Shown: positions 28,001-37,280, counted from the first letter of the stretch. The stretch: 64,000 nt of DNA from an uncultured Candidatus Saccharibacteria bacterium (GCA_964389975.1 CAYMGJ010000002.1:3109-67108), one strand, 5' to 3'. The notes: generated by a model from the sequence alone, not told the origin. Numbers and translations are program-made.

Positions 28001-28916
28001 TCTTGCATCACAAGATCTCATTTCTGTACCCGCATTTGATATTTCCAATACCTATGGAAAAATTAGCTACTCACAAACTTCAAATCCCTACAAACTCATA
28101 CGTAATACTGATGATCAGATTGATATTGATTCAAACCTCACCATTACCAAAGGATTGGTATCACTTGATTCAACACAACTTCCTGAACTCAACAAACGAG
28201 CTACCATTACTCTCTACAATCTCAATATCACGTCACCTCGAATCCTCAAGGATGGAAATGTATGTAGTGGATGTACCTTCATCTCATACACCAATGGAAC
28301 ACTCATATTCTCTGTACCAAGCTTCTCTACCTACAGTGTCATAGATGATTCAGATCCCACCCCAACAACCCATACTGTTTCAGTTACCAAGATGGGTTCA
28401 GGTACCGGTACGGTAACTGGTACAGGCATATCATGTGGAAGTGATTGTTCTGAAACCGTATCATCAAGTATCACTCTCACTGCATCTCCATCATCAGATT
28501 CAACATTCTCTGGATGGTCAGGAGGATACTGTACAGGTACTTCATCATGTACTATCACTCCTTCTTCTGATATCACCATCATAGCTACCTTCGCCTATGT
28601 CCCTACGGTTGCTCTTCCAGAACCTAGTATTTCTCCATCTCCCCGTATTTCCCCCGTTATCACCACTCCTTCTCCTTCCATATCTCCACGAAGTATATCA
28701 ATCACACCTCTTCCTCGTGTATCACCTGTTGTTACTCCTACAAAAACATTGAAACCAGATCTTGTTCTTGAAGATACCACCCCTCTACCTGAATTCTTAG
28801 TACCAACCCTATGGGAGCAATTCATTGCATATATACAGCATGTATATCAAGTATCACTCTCTCTCATTACTACAACATGGATGAGAATATGGGGTGGGGT
28901 TGTTAGTATATTTTAA
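25053..28916 (+). CDS. Giant secreted multi-domain protein: LamG-like jelly-roll, Pro/Thr linker, right-handed beta-helix (pectate-lyase-like) module, fibronectin-III, TSP3-like Ca-binding motif, conserved C-terminal tail
   Basis: 1287 aa; signal/anchor N-terminus; LamG pattern (YTFDDGTATD...LSVSMWVK...VYVNG...DDVRIYNKALS); PbH1-like repeats (NNIVSNF, GNIVHDI); Fn3 (SATVSWNTSEAGTTQVEYGLTTAYG...YHYRV); DNDGDGVLNAVDRCP; tail TTTWMRIWGGVVSIF. Confidence 0.85.
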   Translation: MLIYTHMHPRQTILGLFLSVALVSVFIYTSINLLEPSLVQPTSQPAAVSDFNSSLIAHYTFDDGTATDATGSHAGTVSGATATEGKIGGALAFDGATNYVDLGDMTAVEGQSALSVSMWVKNNASANVSGGDTMISKEGSGADTLSLSWAQNEDVSFCLVGSTSGVSCGGADTATASYVDGIPEGSGTNWNHIVGVLDSGTVKVYVNGIQGGVAGTLSSPTQNSVHSLKIGSTWAGSIDDVRIYNKALSTQEIADLYALGGGVVGQAPPPPVTPPTDPATPPVTPPVTPPTTPPVQEVSVRSTAPSPVSWTPPIGIPEPPFGIRESHYMYQLGTNETCTTTPHKCYDFGSGLEPYRDAGAGPYTHYIDPSSPSCTNTSNPYGTKTKPRCGIPAMTSIVPGSVVELHGTYDRTNAGNLWTFTVHGTLEKPIFVRGESQQNKVAITNIPLRVRSSYTIFENLHMITGKVDIRAADAVENVSYVSLRHSDLTNESSTGVNGYTNNASKYVVFFDNKVYTDNFDLNGPEFPERDVHGIGFAAYAENVWIVDNDIRGMSGDAIGNGHGGQYTVKNFYIGRNLLHDTGENAVDLKEVENFVVSQNKMYNFKGLSSGSDGGAVVIHYGPAVSPKNAWFLFNEIYNATDVGIQVGGDQVYDSFFIGNIVHDIHNSSLTGLAFTTWNSCTMYFVHNVFYNNDNGVKAMSSGGCTKLIFQNNIVSNFQNPNPMAFSMTNNATFLAVSKVSNNIFYQPGKTLNVVCTGCLESNPLFNNPSSNDFSLQSGSPAINTADNTIMEDLASRFYTSYGIDIRKDFLGNNRRANTPWDIGAYEYGATGGTQPPPAVVVQPTDTLPPSPAGMAVTNITSNSATVSWNTSEAGTTQVEYGLTTAYGNTTTRVSTYTTSHTQNLSNLQGNTLYHYRVISLDQAGNVGISPDQTFTTLTSTDNDGDGVLNAVDRCPLTPSSLRTMVNTYGCPLPRTTRFTLSLNLASQDLISVPAFDISNTYGKISYSQTSNPYKLIRNTDDQIDIDSNLTITKGLVSLDSTQLPELNKRATITLYNLNITSPRILKDGNVCSGCTFISYTNGTLIFSVPSFSTYSVIDDSDPTPTTHTVSVTKMGSGTGTVTGTGISCGSDCSETVSSSITLTASPSSDSTFSGWSGGYCTGTSSCTITPSSDITIIATFAYVPTVALPEPSISPSPRISPVITTPSPSISPRSISITPLPRVSPVVTPTKTLKPDLVLEDTTPLPEFLVPTLWEQFIAYIQHVYQVSLSLITTTWMRIWGGVVSIF
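28089..28565. repeat. 477-bp perfect direct repeat, copy 1 (inside giant gene 1)
   Basis: Identical at nucleotide level to 34175-34650 (offset 6086 bp); encodes the KLIRNTDDQIDIDSN...SGWSGGYCTGTSSCTITPS segment. Confidence 0.85.
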
Positions 28917-28950
28917 TGATTGATTTCCCCAACCTCTTTGTGATTGATGT

Positions 28951-28966
28951 GGGGTATAATAGAGGG
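28951..28966 (+). promoter_or_regulatory. Conserved GGGGTATAATAGAGGGG motif 6 nt upstream of ATG (combined -10-like TATAAT and purine-rich SD-like element)
   Basis: Near-identical motif recurs at 35084-35099 upstream of the third giant gene. Confidence 0.3.
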
Positions 28967-28971
28967 GTACT

Positions 28972-31900
28972 ATGAATACACAAAAAAACACCCTCGCTCT
29001 TGCGACATTATCTTTATTAATAATTACGAGTATAGTTTTTGTTTCCCGAGAGATATTCTCTCCATCACAAGAAATTGTAATGGATGCAATCGATCATAAA
29101 GCGGCGGTAGCAGATTTTGACAATGCTCTCATTGCAAAATTTTCTTTTGAAGAAGGAAGTGGAAATACAACCACTGATTCCATAGGTTCTCGAACAGGGA
29201 CATTAACAAATGGACCTTCGTGGATATCGGGCAAGGTGGGGAGTGGGGCCCTCTCATTTGATGGGGTGGATGACTTTGTTGACGCGGGAGATATTACGTC
29301 TGCAGGGGGAGTTGGTTCTCTCAGTGTTGCGGTATGGGTAAAACCGAGTTCATCTTCTGGTTCACTATCTGTTGTTACCAAATCACGTAGTGGTTTTACA
29401 TCATGGCAAATTGCTCGTAGTGCACAAGGTCGTTACTATTTCGCAACAGGGAATGAAACAGGATCATTTGTATATGCAGCTTCGGATTCTTTCTTTCCTG
29501 ATACTGATTGGCATCATGTTGTGGGTGTATATGATGGTGCCCATGCCAATGTGTATGTCGATGGAGTCGCTGTCATAGCTAACCCTCCAGCTCTCACAGG
29601 TACAATGAAGAGTGTTCCATATCCAGTATGTATTGGAGGAACTGCTGATGGGGGAGGGGCAAAATGTATTTCTGGTATGGCTGGTTCTGTTGATGATTTC
29701 CGTATATATAATAGGGCGCTTACAGATCAGGAAATCTCAGACCTCTATGTAGCTGGTGGCGGTAGTCTTGGTCCCGATGTAACATCTCCTACGATTTCAT
29801 TGACCCCTCTTGTTTCAACCACAGATCTCAAAGATTCACTTACCCTCGAAGCATCTGCATCTGACAATATTGGAGTTGCTGGTGTTCAGTTTAAAGTTGA
29901 TGGAGATGATATTGGAAATGAAGATACCACAACTCCATACTCTGTATCATGGAATACAACAACTGTTCCTAACGGTAGCCATACACTAACAGCAGTTGCG
30001 CGTGATGATGCAGGTAATACTAAGACATCAGCAGAAATTATTGTGACCGTAACAAATCCTCTCGATGTAACAAATCCAACCGTATCGGTTACTTCATCAG
30101 GTGGTACTAAATCAGGTACAATCACCATAACTGCAGACGCATCCGATGATCGTGGTGTTGCTGGCGTACAATTCAAGATTGATGGTAATGATTTAGAGAC
30201 AGAAGACGTCACTGCCCCATATTCAGTATCACTTGATACAACCCTCTATTCAAATGCAAGCCATTCCCTCACTGCTCTAGCTCGTGATGGGGCTGGTAAT
30301 ACAACAGAATCAAGTGCTGTGACCATAACTATTTTAAACACAGACACAACACCACCTACTGTATCAAATCCTCTTCCAACTGGAGTCATTTCACGAAATC
30401 TTACCCAAGCAACACTCCAGGTTACAACAAATGAATATGCTACGTGTCGATATTCAACAACTGCAAATATACCCTATGCATCAATGGTATCGGGTAACAC
30501 ATTCTCAACGGTAAGTGGATCTCTTCATACAAAGAGTGTTCCTGTTTCAATCAACACATCATATACATACTATGTTCGTTGTATTGATCAATCATCAAAT
30601 CCAACACTTTCTGATACAACAATTACATTTAGAACACCTGCCGCTACACCCGCAAATCAAGTTGTTATAGATTCAAGTTCTCTCATCGATGTGCCTACAG
30701 CAGCTCTCTGGGCTCGACGTGTTAACTTTAGTCCAAGTGATGGGGAAACTGTAAAGGCAAATCCCCCTGCATTTAGTTGGTTATATCGTCCAAATCTCGA
30801 ACTTGAAGTTCAACCATGGTTGCGAGACAGAAAGATATACCTCTTTGTATTTCAGGCAGCGTATAGTGAGGCAGACCTTAGAGCATCACGAAATCTTGCG
30901 GTCAATGTTCTTACACGTTCAAATGCATACAATTTCCTTGATGAATTTACCCCAGGGTCAACAGTGTATTGGCGCATTGGATATATCGTTGATACAAGTA
31001 TTGGTGAAAATGTTCCCAATGGTCTTGATCGTAATTTTGTAAGTACAACATCGGTTGCTACAATTGCTCCTTTTCAATCTCAGGCTGTATGGGGTGCAGT
31101 GCGAAGTTTTACTATCGATGACAATGCTATTTCATGGGATCGATCAATGCTTGCAGATGAAACATACCTTGCATCAAAGTCACATCCCCGAATATTTTTT
31201 AACAACAATAACAAGGCTGCATTTTGGACAACGACACAACAAGATCCAGATTGGTCACGTGTAAAGACATATCTTGATAGTCAGATTATTAATCCTTCCG
31301 TATGGAGTCATTCATACATTGGAAACATTACATGGGATGGTGGAATGCTTCTTGCTGCAGATGCCTTTATGTGGCAAATGACAGGGGATCAGAAATATCT
31401 TAATAATTTGTCTCCAAAGCCTCAAGAACTTCTTGTAACATATGCACAGGCGTATATCAGTTCAGGAGCATTTATGGAAGATATGGATACCGCAGGACGA
31501 GGTAGTCAGATATATTACGTTGGTCTTGCATATGATTGGCTCTATGATGTTATGACTGAGGAGCAACGAACCCTTGTTCGTCAGGCTATAGAAACTCAAC
31601 AGCAATTCCATCTTTACGCAGCAACATTCTCTGCGGGTCCTAATAGTGGATGTGGGTATCCCCTTGAATCAACCGATGATCCCAAGAGAAATCTCTATCC
31701 TCTCGGACGAAAAACAACTGAAGGATGTTATATGTATGGTTCAGAAAGTCATCAATACCATGGTGTTCATCAGACACTTGTAGGAGCTCTTGCTGCATAT
31801 ACAGAGAGTCCTGTATCACGAAAAACTCTCGAACTTCTTCTTGGTATGATGATCGGTCGTCCTCTGTTTAATGCTGTTGAAGGAGTCGATGGGGGAGGTG

Positions 31901-34900
31901 CGTATATTGGTTTGTACGAAACCATATTCCTCAAGGGTCTTCTTCGCTCAACATCAGTATTCCCTGAAGCCCATCTCGAACGGAACCCATTCTTGAGAAC
32001 AAGTGCAGATTGGTTTAGTCGTATACGTCCTGTTGGAGCAGAGACAGAAATGTTTCTCTGGGGAGATGCTTCTGGTAGTGGAGTAGTTGATTGGAATTAT
32101 TTCGGATACACCTTGTCAGGAATGACGGGGCTTAATTGGGTTGCCCAGCATTACAACAATCAAAGGGCAATTAATCCTCTCAATGAATTCTATTCGATAA
32201 ATCAAGATGGTGTGTTCTTGTTTGAAAAATATGCAGCAAAGAGATACTTTTCAACATTCTCTACAAAGTCAGAAACGCGCCCTCTCGCACAAGTGTTTCC
32301 TGCTGGTGGGTGGGTTCTTGCTTGTACATATCAATCAACTGATCCACGTTGTTTCAAGCAAGGTCTTGGTTTTGCTTTTGCTGCACGCCCTACTGTGAAT
32401 GGTGGTCACGCTGCTAATGCAGAAGGTTCATATGAACTATGGGCATACGGTCAAACAATTACAGAAAATGGTTCAATGCAGTGGTTTCATAACAAGAATG
32501 CTGCAAACCACAACCTCATTCTTGTAAATGGAGCTGGGCCATACCAGTATGACAAAGCGTTAGCATATGCACGAATCTTTGCATTTGATGATGGTAATTC
32601 AGCTTCAATACCTTATGTCTATGCAGCAAGTGATACGTCTGATTCATATCAACTTCTTCCTACAGGAAAAGAGGTGACTGTACGAAAGGCAAATCGTCAC
32701 TTCCTCATGGTGAAGAACAAGTATTTCGTTGTGTTTGACGATCTTGAAACAGCACAACCTGCAAAATTTACATCTGTATATCACGTACTTGATGATCCTC
32801 TCACTAAAGACCAGACAAAACCAGCGACATATTCATATGTTAAAACACGAACTTCAGCTCGTCTTGCGACAACACCTGGACGATTCTCATATTACAATCC
32901 AACGCCAGTTAAGGTATATGTTGCTGATACAGCACATACAACAGATGGATCTCTCGAGGTTCTTTACAGAAGTGGGGCAACTGATCTCTCTACAAACCCT
33001 ATTTCAGGTCAGATTATTGGAGAAATAGATCAACGTTCTTCATACTGTTATCTTCCAAATTATCTTGATAGCGGAAATTGTTCTGATGCCCGAAAGAATT
33101 CAGTATGGATATCAAACAAAAATGATTCAAATACATATAACTTCTTGAAAGTTATATACCCTCAGAAGCCTGGTACAAATGAAACTCCAGTTATAGAGAG
33201 ACTTGATGACTATACTGTAAGTGTGACTGATAGTAGTGGTACAGATATTATTTCATTCAATACTGACTCAGCTTCTCAGTACGGTGCAAATCTTGTTGTT
33301 GATACAGCTACTCTCGTACCACGTCCTGTTCCAGATGGAGGATTCGGAGTGAGACTTACCCCACGAACAGGTTCATATCCTGTTGTTGCTATCACCTCAC
33401 CAATTTCAGGGACAACACGAAGCGACCCTGCTTCATTCACTATTACCGCAACAGCTACTGATGCTGACGGCACTGTGTCTAAAGTTGATTTCTATAACGG
33501 AACAACAAAGATTGGTACTGATACAACTTCTCCATATTCATATACATGGTCAGCTGTTACTGCTGGTTCATACACTCTCTATGCACGAGCAACTGATAAT
33601 TCAGGTAATGTGGGGTCATCAGTAGGTGTTTCAGTTACTGTTACAGGGACTTCATTACCCACCGACACCACCCCTCCAACCATCTCTAACATTACGGTAA
33701 GCAACACAACAACAAGTGGTACTACCATCTCATGGACAACAAATGAAAACTCAACAACTCAAATTGAATATGGTCTCACCACAGGATATGGAAGTGTCAC
33801 TCAGTTCATAGCTACACCAAGTCTCAATCACTCACAAACAATCTCAGGTCTACAAGGTAATACGGTATATCACTACCGTGTAGCATCTCATGATGCAGCT
33901 GGTAATGAAGTACTGTCTCCTGATCAAACTTTCACCACCCTTACCTCAACAGACAATGATGGTGATGGTGTACTCAATACCGTTGATCGATGTCCACTTA
34001 CACCTCCTTCTCTCAGAAGTGTTGTAAATACCTATGGATGTCCTCTTCCTCTCCTTACCTCAAACAAGTTCCCAACAGTAACTGATCTTGCTAACAAAGA
34101 CATTACCGCACTCACTACACTTGAGCTTGGTAATACCTATGGAAAGGTAACCTATGGAGACACCGGCACCCCTTACAAACTCATACGTAATACTGATGAT
34201 CAGATTGATATTGATTCAAACCTCACCATTACCAAAGGATTGGTATCACTTGATTCAACACAACTTCCTGAACTCAACAAACGAGCTACCATTACTCTCT
34301 ACAATCTCAATATCACGTCACCTCGAATCCTCAAGGATGGAAATGTATGTAGTGGATGTACCTTCATCTCATACACCAATGGAACACTCATATTCTCTGT
34401 ACCAAGCTTCTCTACCTACAGTGTCATAGATGATTCAGATCCCACCCCAACAACCCATACTGTTTCAGTTACCAAGATGGGTTCAGGTACCGGTACGGTA
34501 ACTGGTACAGGCATATCATGTGGAAGTGATTGTTCTGAAACCGTATCATCAAGTATCACTCTCACTGCATCTCCATCATCAGATTCAACATTCTCTGGAT
34601 GGTCAGGAGGATACTGTACAGGTACTTCATCATGTACTATCACTCCTTCTGCTGACGCTACTGTCATTGCTAATTTCGACGCAATCCCTGTTGCTCCTGT
34701 CATTCAGACACGTACCACAGGTGGATCAGGTGGTGGATCATCACGCACAACAACAAATACCATTACAACACCTGTATCTAATCCATATACTCCAAAGACA
34801 CAGAAGACCGTCACAACAAACCCCTATGTAAAGTCACAAACATCTCCAAAGACTACCGTAGGAACTCCTTCAATTAATATTCCCGATGACAACATCACAC

Positions 34901-35055
34901 CTGAAGACTCTGAACCATTCCCAACCTTCGTTGTGCCAACTATGTGGGAACAGATTACTGCATATATACAGCATGTATATCAGACATCAATCTCTCTCAT
35001 TACTACAACATGGATGAGAATATGGGGTGGGGTGGTGGGTCTCATCGGTAACTAG
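28972..35055 (+). CDS. Giant secreted multi-domain protein: LamG-like, three bacterial Ig-like repeats, alginate-lyase/heparinase II/III-like polysaccharide lyase region, further Ig-like repeats, Fn3, TSP3-like motif, paralogous C-terminal module
   Basis: 2027 aa; LamG (FSFEEGSGNTTTD...VAVWVK...VYVDG...DDFRIYNRALT); Ig repeats (GVAGVQFKVDGDDIG...TTPYSVSWNTT); heparinase-like WFHNKNAANHNLILVNGAGPYQYD; Fn3; DNDGDGVLNTVDRCP; tail TTTWMRIWGGVVGLIGN. Confidence 0.85.
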   Translation: MNTQKNTLALATLSLLIITSIVFVSREIFSPSQEIVMDAIDHKAAVADFDNALIAKFSFEEGSGNTTTDSIGSRTGTLTNGPSWISGKVGSGALSFDGVDDFVDAGDITSAGGVGSLSVAVWVKPSSSSGSLSVVTKSRSGFTSWQIARSAQGRYYFATGNETGSFVYAASDSFFPDTDWHHVVGVYDGAHANVYVDGVAVIANPPALTGTMKSVPYPVCIGGTADGGGAKCISGMAGSVDDFRIYNRALTDQEISDLYVAGGGSLGPDVTSPTISLTPLVSTTDLKDSLTLEASASDNIGVAGVQFKVDGDDIGNEDTTTPYSVSWNTTTVPNGSHTLTAVARDDAGNTKTSAEIIVTVTNPLDVTNPTVSVTSSGGTKSGTITITADASDDRGVAGVQFKIDGNDLETEDVTAPYSVSLDTTLYSNASHSLTALARDGAGNTTESSAVTITILNTDTTPPTVSNPLPTGVISRNLTQATLQVTTNEYATCRYSTTANIPYASMVSGNTFSTVSGSLHTKSVPVSINTSYTYYVRCIDQSSNPTLSDTTITFRTPAATPANQVVIDSSSLIDVPTAALWARRVNFSPSDGETVKANPPAFSWLYRPNLELEVQPWLRDRKIYLFVFQAAYSEADLRASRNLAVNVLTRSNAYNFLDEFTPGSTVYWRIGYIVDTSIGENVPNGLDRNFVSTTSVATIAPFQSQAVWGAVRSFTIDDNAISWDRSMLADETYLASKSHPRIFFNNNNKAAFWTTTQQDPDWSRVKTYLDSQIINPSVWSHSYIGNITWDGGMLLAADAFMWQMTGDQKYLNNLSPKPQELLVTYAQAYISSGAFMEDMDTAGRGSQIYYVGLAYDWLYDVMTEEQRTLVRQAIETQQQFHLYAATFSAGPNSGCGYPLESTDDPKRNLYPLGRKTTEGCYMYGSESHQYHGVHQTLVGALAAYTESPVSRKTLELLLGMMIGRPLFNAVEGVDGGGAYIGLYETIFLKGLLRSTSVFPEAHLERNPFLRTSADWFSRIRPVGAETEMFLWGDASGSGVVDWNYFGYTLSGMTGLNWVAQHYNNQRAINPLNEFYSINQDGVFLFEKYAAKRYFSTFSTKSETRPLAQVFPAGGWVLACTYQSTDPRCFKQGLGFAFAARPTVNGGHAANAEGSYELWAYGQTITENGSMQWFHNKNAANHNLILVNGAGPYQYDKALAYARIFAFDDGNSASIPYVYAASDTSDSYQLLPTGKEVTVRKANRHFLMVKNKYFVVFDDLETAQPAKFTSVYHVLDDPLTKDQTKPATYSYVKTRTSARLATTPGRFSYYNPTPVKVYVADTAHTTDGSLEVLYRSGATDLSTNPISGQIIGEIDQRSSYCYLPNYLDSGNCSDARKNSVWISNKNDSNTYNFLKVIYPQKPGTNETPVIERLDDYTVSVTDSSGTDIISFNTDSASQYGANLVVDTATLVPRPVPDGGFGVRLTPRTGSYPVVAITSPISGTTRSDPASFTITATATDADGTVSKVDFYNGTTKIGTDTTSPYSYTWSAVTAGSYTLYARATDNSGNVGSSVGVSVTVTGTSLPTDTTPPTISNITVSNTTTSGTTISWTTNENSTTQIEYGLTTGYGSVTQFIATPSLNHSQTISGLQGNTVYHYRVASHDAAGNEVLSPDQTFTTLTSTDNDGDGVLNTVDRCPLTPPSLRSVVNTYGCPLPLLTSNKFPTVTDLANKDITALTTLELGNTYGKVTYGDTGTPYKLIRNTDDQIDIDSNLTITKGLVSLDSTQLPELNKRATITLYNLNITSPRILKDGNVCSGCTFISYTNGTLIFSVPSFSTYSVIDDSDPTPTTHTVSVTKMGSGTGTVTGTGISCGSDCSETVSSSITLTASPSSDSTFSGWSGGYCTGTSSCTITPSADATVIANFDAIPVAPVIQTRTTGGSGGGSSRTTTNTITTPVSNPYTPKTQKTVTTNPYVKSQTSPKTTVGTPSINIPDDNITPEDSEPFPTFVVPTMWEQITAYIQHVYQTSISLITTTWMRIWGGVVGLIGN
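34175..34650. repeat. 477-bp perfect direct repeat, copy 2 (inside giant gene 2)
   Basis: Identical to 28089-28565; flanks are similar but diverged. Confidence 0.85.
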
Positions 35056-35083
35056 TTCTCCCCATAGTTTGATACTGGGTGAG

Positions 35084-35099
35084 AGGGTATAATAGGGGT
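35084..35099 (+). promoter_or_regulatory. Conserved GAGGGTATAATAGGGGTA motif 5 nt upstream of ATG
   Basis: Same motif as at 28951-28966. Confidence 0.3.
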
Positions 35100-35103
35100 A
35101 TAT

Positions 35104-37263
35104 ATGAAAATACGAATATATCATATAGTTTTCATCCTCCTCGCTTTTTTCTTGGTCACTCAGTCAGTCCAAGCTTTTAGTTTGTTTACTCCAAAAAAAT
35201 CTCTCACCTCAGGTCTTGTAGGATGGTATACATTTGATGGTAAGGATATAACAAATGGGAGAATCAACGATGTGTCGGGTAATGGGAATAATGGTGTTGT
35301 TTCAAATATTTCAACATCAACTTTCTATGTATCAGGAAAGGTGGGGCAGGGGATAAAATTAGATGGAACTGATGACTTTATAAAACCAGGTATATTTACT
35401 GATGGTCAATCTGTCCTCACTGTTTCTTTTTGGATTAAGTCAAATGCAAGTACTAATCCAGGTATTCCCATATCAAAGGGGCGATTTGCTGCTGCAACAG
35501 CTGGTTCATGGGACTTTCAGAGATCTGGTGCTGGAACTTGGTCTATGAACCTTGCAAATTCAAGCGCAGCTGTGGTTACTGCAAATGGACCAAGTGCGCA
35601 TAACAATACTAATTGGCAATTCGTAACGGGAGTATATAATGGTTCAACTGTAACACTCTATGTAAATGCAGTTGCTGGAACTCCTGTTGCTCAAACTGGT
35701 GCTGTACAGACAGCACTCTCATATCCCATCTGCATTGGTGCTATAAATGGTGACTCGAGTGGTACTTGTAGTCAATCAAGATTTGCTGGAATTATAGATG
35801 ATATACGTATTTACAATCGAGCACTCTCAGCAAGTGAAGTTCTTCAGCTTTACAATCAGGGAGGAGGAAACAAACAGAATGTTGTTGCAAAAAATTCTCT
35901 TACCTCAGGTCTTGTGGGTTGGTGGACTTTTGATGGGAAGGATGTGGTTAATGGGAGAGCGAATGATGTGTCAGGCAACGCGAATCATGGTCGTTTGATT
36001 AGTATTTCAACCTCCACTTTCTATACCACAGGGAAAATTGGACAAGGGTTTAGATTTGATGCCATCGATGACTATGTTGATGTTGGTGATTTGAGTGGGG
36101 TTGAAGGAAAAACTGCTTTAACAGTATCTGCATGGGTCAAAAGTACAGAAACAGAAAATGTTTCTGGAAGTGATATGATTATTAGTAAAACTGGATCAGG
36201 TTCAGATACTTTCGAAATGTATTGGGAGCAGAACGAAAGTGTTAGTTTTTGTGTAGTTGGTTCTTCTGGTACTAGTTGTGGAGGAGCAGATACAGCTATC
36301 GCTTCGTATGCAAGTGGTATACCAATTGGGTCTGGGAAAAATTGGTACCATATTGTCGGAGTATATGATTCTGTTTCAAGTATTGTTAAGGTATATGTAA
36401 ATGGTGTGCAAGGCGGTGTTACCGGATCCCTCTCTTCTCTCACTCAGAATAGTACACATACCATAAAGATTGGGAATTCATGGTCTGGAACGATTGATGA
36501 TGTTCGCATTTATAGTCGAGCCCTCTCAGCAAGTGAAGTTCTCCAGCTTTACAATCAAGGGGGAGGAACCAAACAGAGTGTTGTTGCAAAAAATTCAGTA
36601 ACTTCAGGAATTATAGGGTGGTGGACGTTCGATGGAAAAGATATGGTGAATGGCGTGGCTGTAAATTTAGCAACAACCTCAGCTTTCTACGGTAGACCTT
36701 CAAATATCTCAACTTCTACCTTCTATACCTCAGGTAAACTCGGTCAAGCGTTGAGATTTGATGCAACCGATGACACTATGGTTGCGGGGGATATGACAAA
36801 TGCTGATAACGTAAGTGTCTTAACTACTTCAGTTTGGGTTAAGCCAGCGGTTGCTGATACATCTGCGATTACGTTTTTCTCAAAAACTAGAGGGGGTTTT
36901 GATACTTGGTTTCTTGCACGAAATGGCTTTGAAAATTTTTGGGCAGAGATGTGCAGTGCTTCTACGTGTGTTGATGCGATAAGTGATGCTACGTTTGCAG
37001 ATACCAATTGGCATCATCTTGTTAGTGTGTACAACGGAACAGATCTCCGTCTTTATGTTGATGGCGTTCTTGCTGATTCAACCCCACCATCTCTAACGGG
37101 GACGATAAAGGACAGGTCAGATAGTATATGCTTCGGTGGTACGTGGAATGGATCAAGTTGTAGTCAGTCGTATACGGGTGGTGGGCTCCTTGATGATGCA
37201 CGTATTTATAGTAGAGCTCTTTCAGCAAGTGAAGTGCTACAGTTGTATAATCAAGGGAAATAG
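35104..37263 (+). CDS. Secreted protein of four tandem LamG-like (concanavalin-A-like lectin) domains
   Basis: 719 aa; signal peptide MKIRIYHIVFILLAFFLVTQSVQAFS; four repeats each ending in a near-identical DD(I/V)RIY(N/S)RALSASEVLQLYNQGGG unit. Confidence 0.85.
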   Translation: MKIRIYHIVFILLAFFLVTQSVQAFSLFTPKKSLTSGLVGWYTFDGKDITNGRINDVSGNGNNGVVSNISTSTFYVSGKVGQGIKLDGTDDFIKPGIFTDGQSVLTVSFWIKSNASTNPGIPISKGRFAAATAGSWDFQRSGAGTWSMNLANSSAAVVTANGPSAHNNTNWQFVTGVYNGSTVTLYVNAVAGTPVAQTGAVQTALSYPICIGAINGDSSGTCSQSRFAGIIDDIRIYNRALSASEVLQLYNQGGGNKQNVVAKNSLTSGLVGWWTFDGKDVVNGRANDVSGNANHGRLISISTSTFYTTGKIGQGFRFDAIDDYVDVGDLSGVEGKTALTVSAWVKSTETENVSGSDMIISKTGSGSDTFEMYWEQNESVSFCVVGSSGTSCGGADTAIASYASGIPIGSGKNWYHIVGVYDSVSSIVKVYVNGVQGGVTGSLSSLTQNSTHTIKIGNSWSGTIDDVRIYSRALSASEVLQLYNQGGGTKQSVVAKNSVTSGIIGWWTFDGKDMVNGVAVNLATTSAFYGRPSNISTSTFYTSGKLGQALRFDATDDTMVAGDMTNADNVSVLTTSVWVKPAVADTSAITFFSKTRGGFDTWFLARNGFENFWAEMCSASTCVDAISDATFADTNWHHLVSVYNGTDLRLYVDGVLADSTPPSLTGTIKDRSDSICFGGTWNGSSCSQSYTGGGLLDDARIYSRALSASEVLQLYNQGK

Positions 37264-37280
37264 AAATATTTCATATGTTA

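Noticed and set aside
28590-28760. Short periodic repeats that might be mistaken for a CRISPR array
   Set aside because: They are in-frame Ser/Pro/Ile-rich coding repeats (SPSPRISPV...) inside the giant gene. There are no spacers and no cas genes.
28089-34650. Diversity-generating retroelement (template/variable repeat) explanation for the 477-bp repeat
   Set aside because: The copies are identical rather than differing at adenines. No reverse transcriptase is present, and the repeat is not at the extreme C-terminus of a C-type-lectin-fold target.
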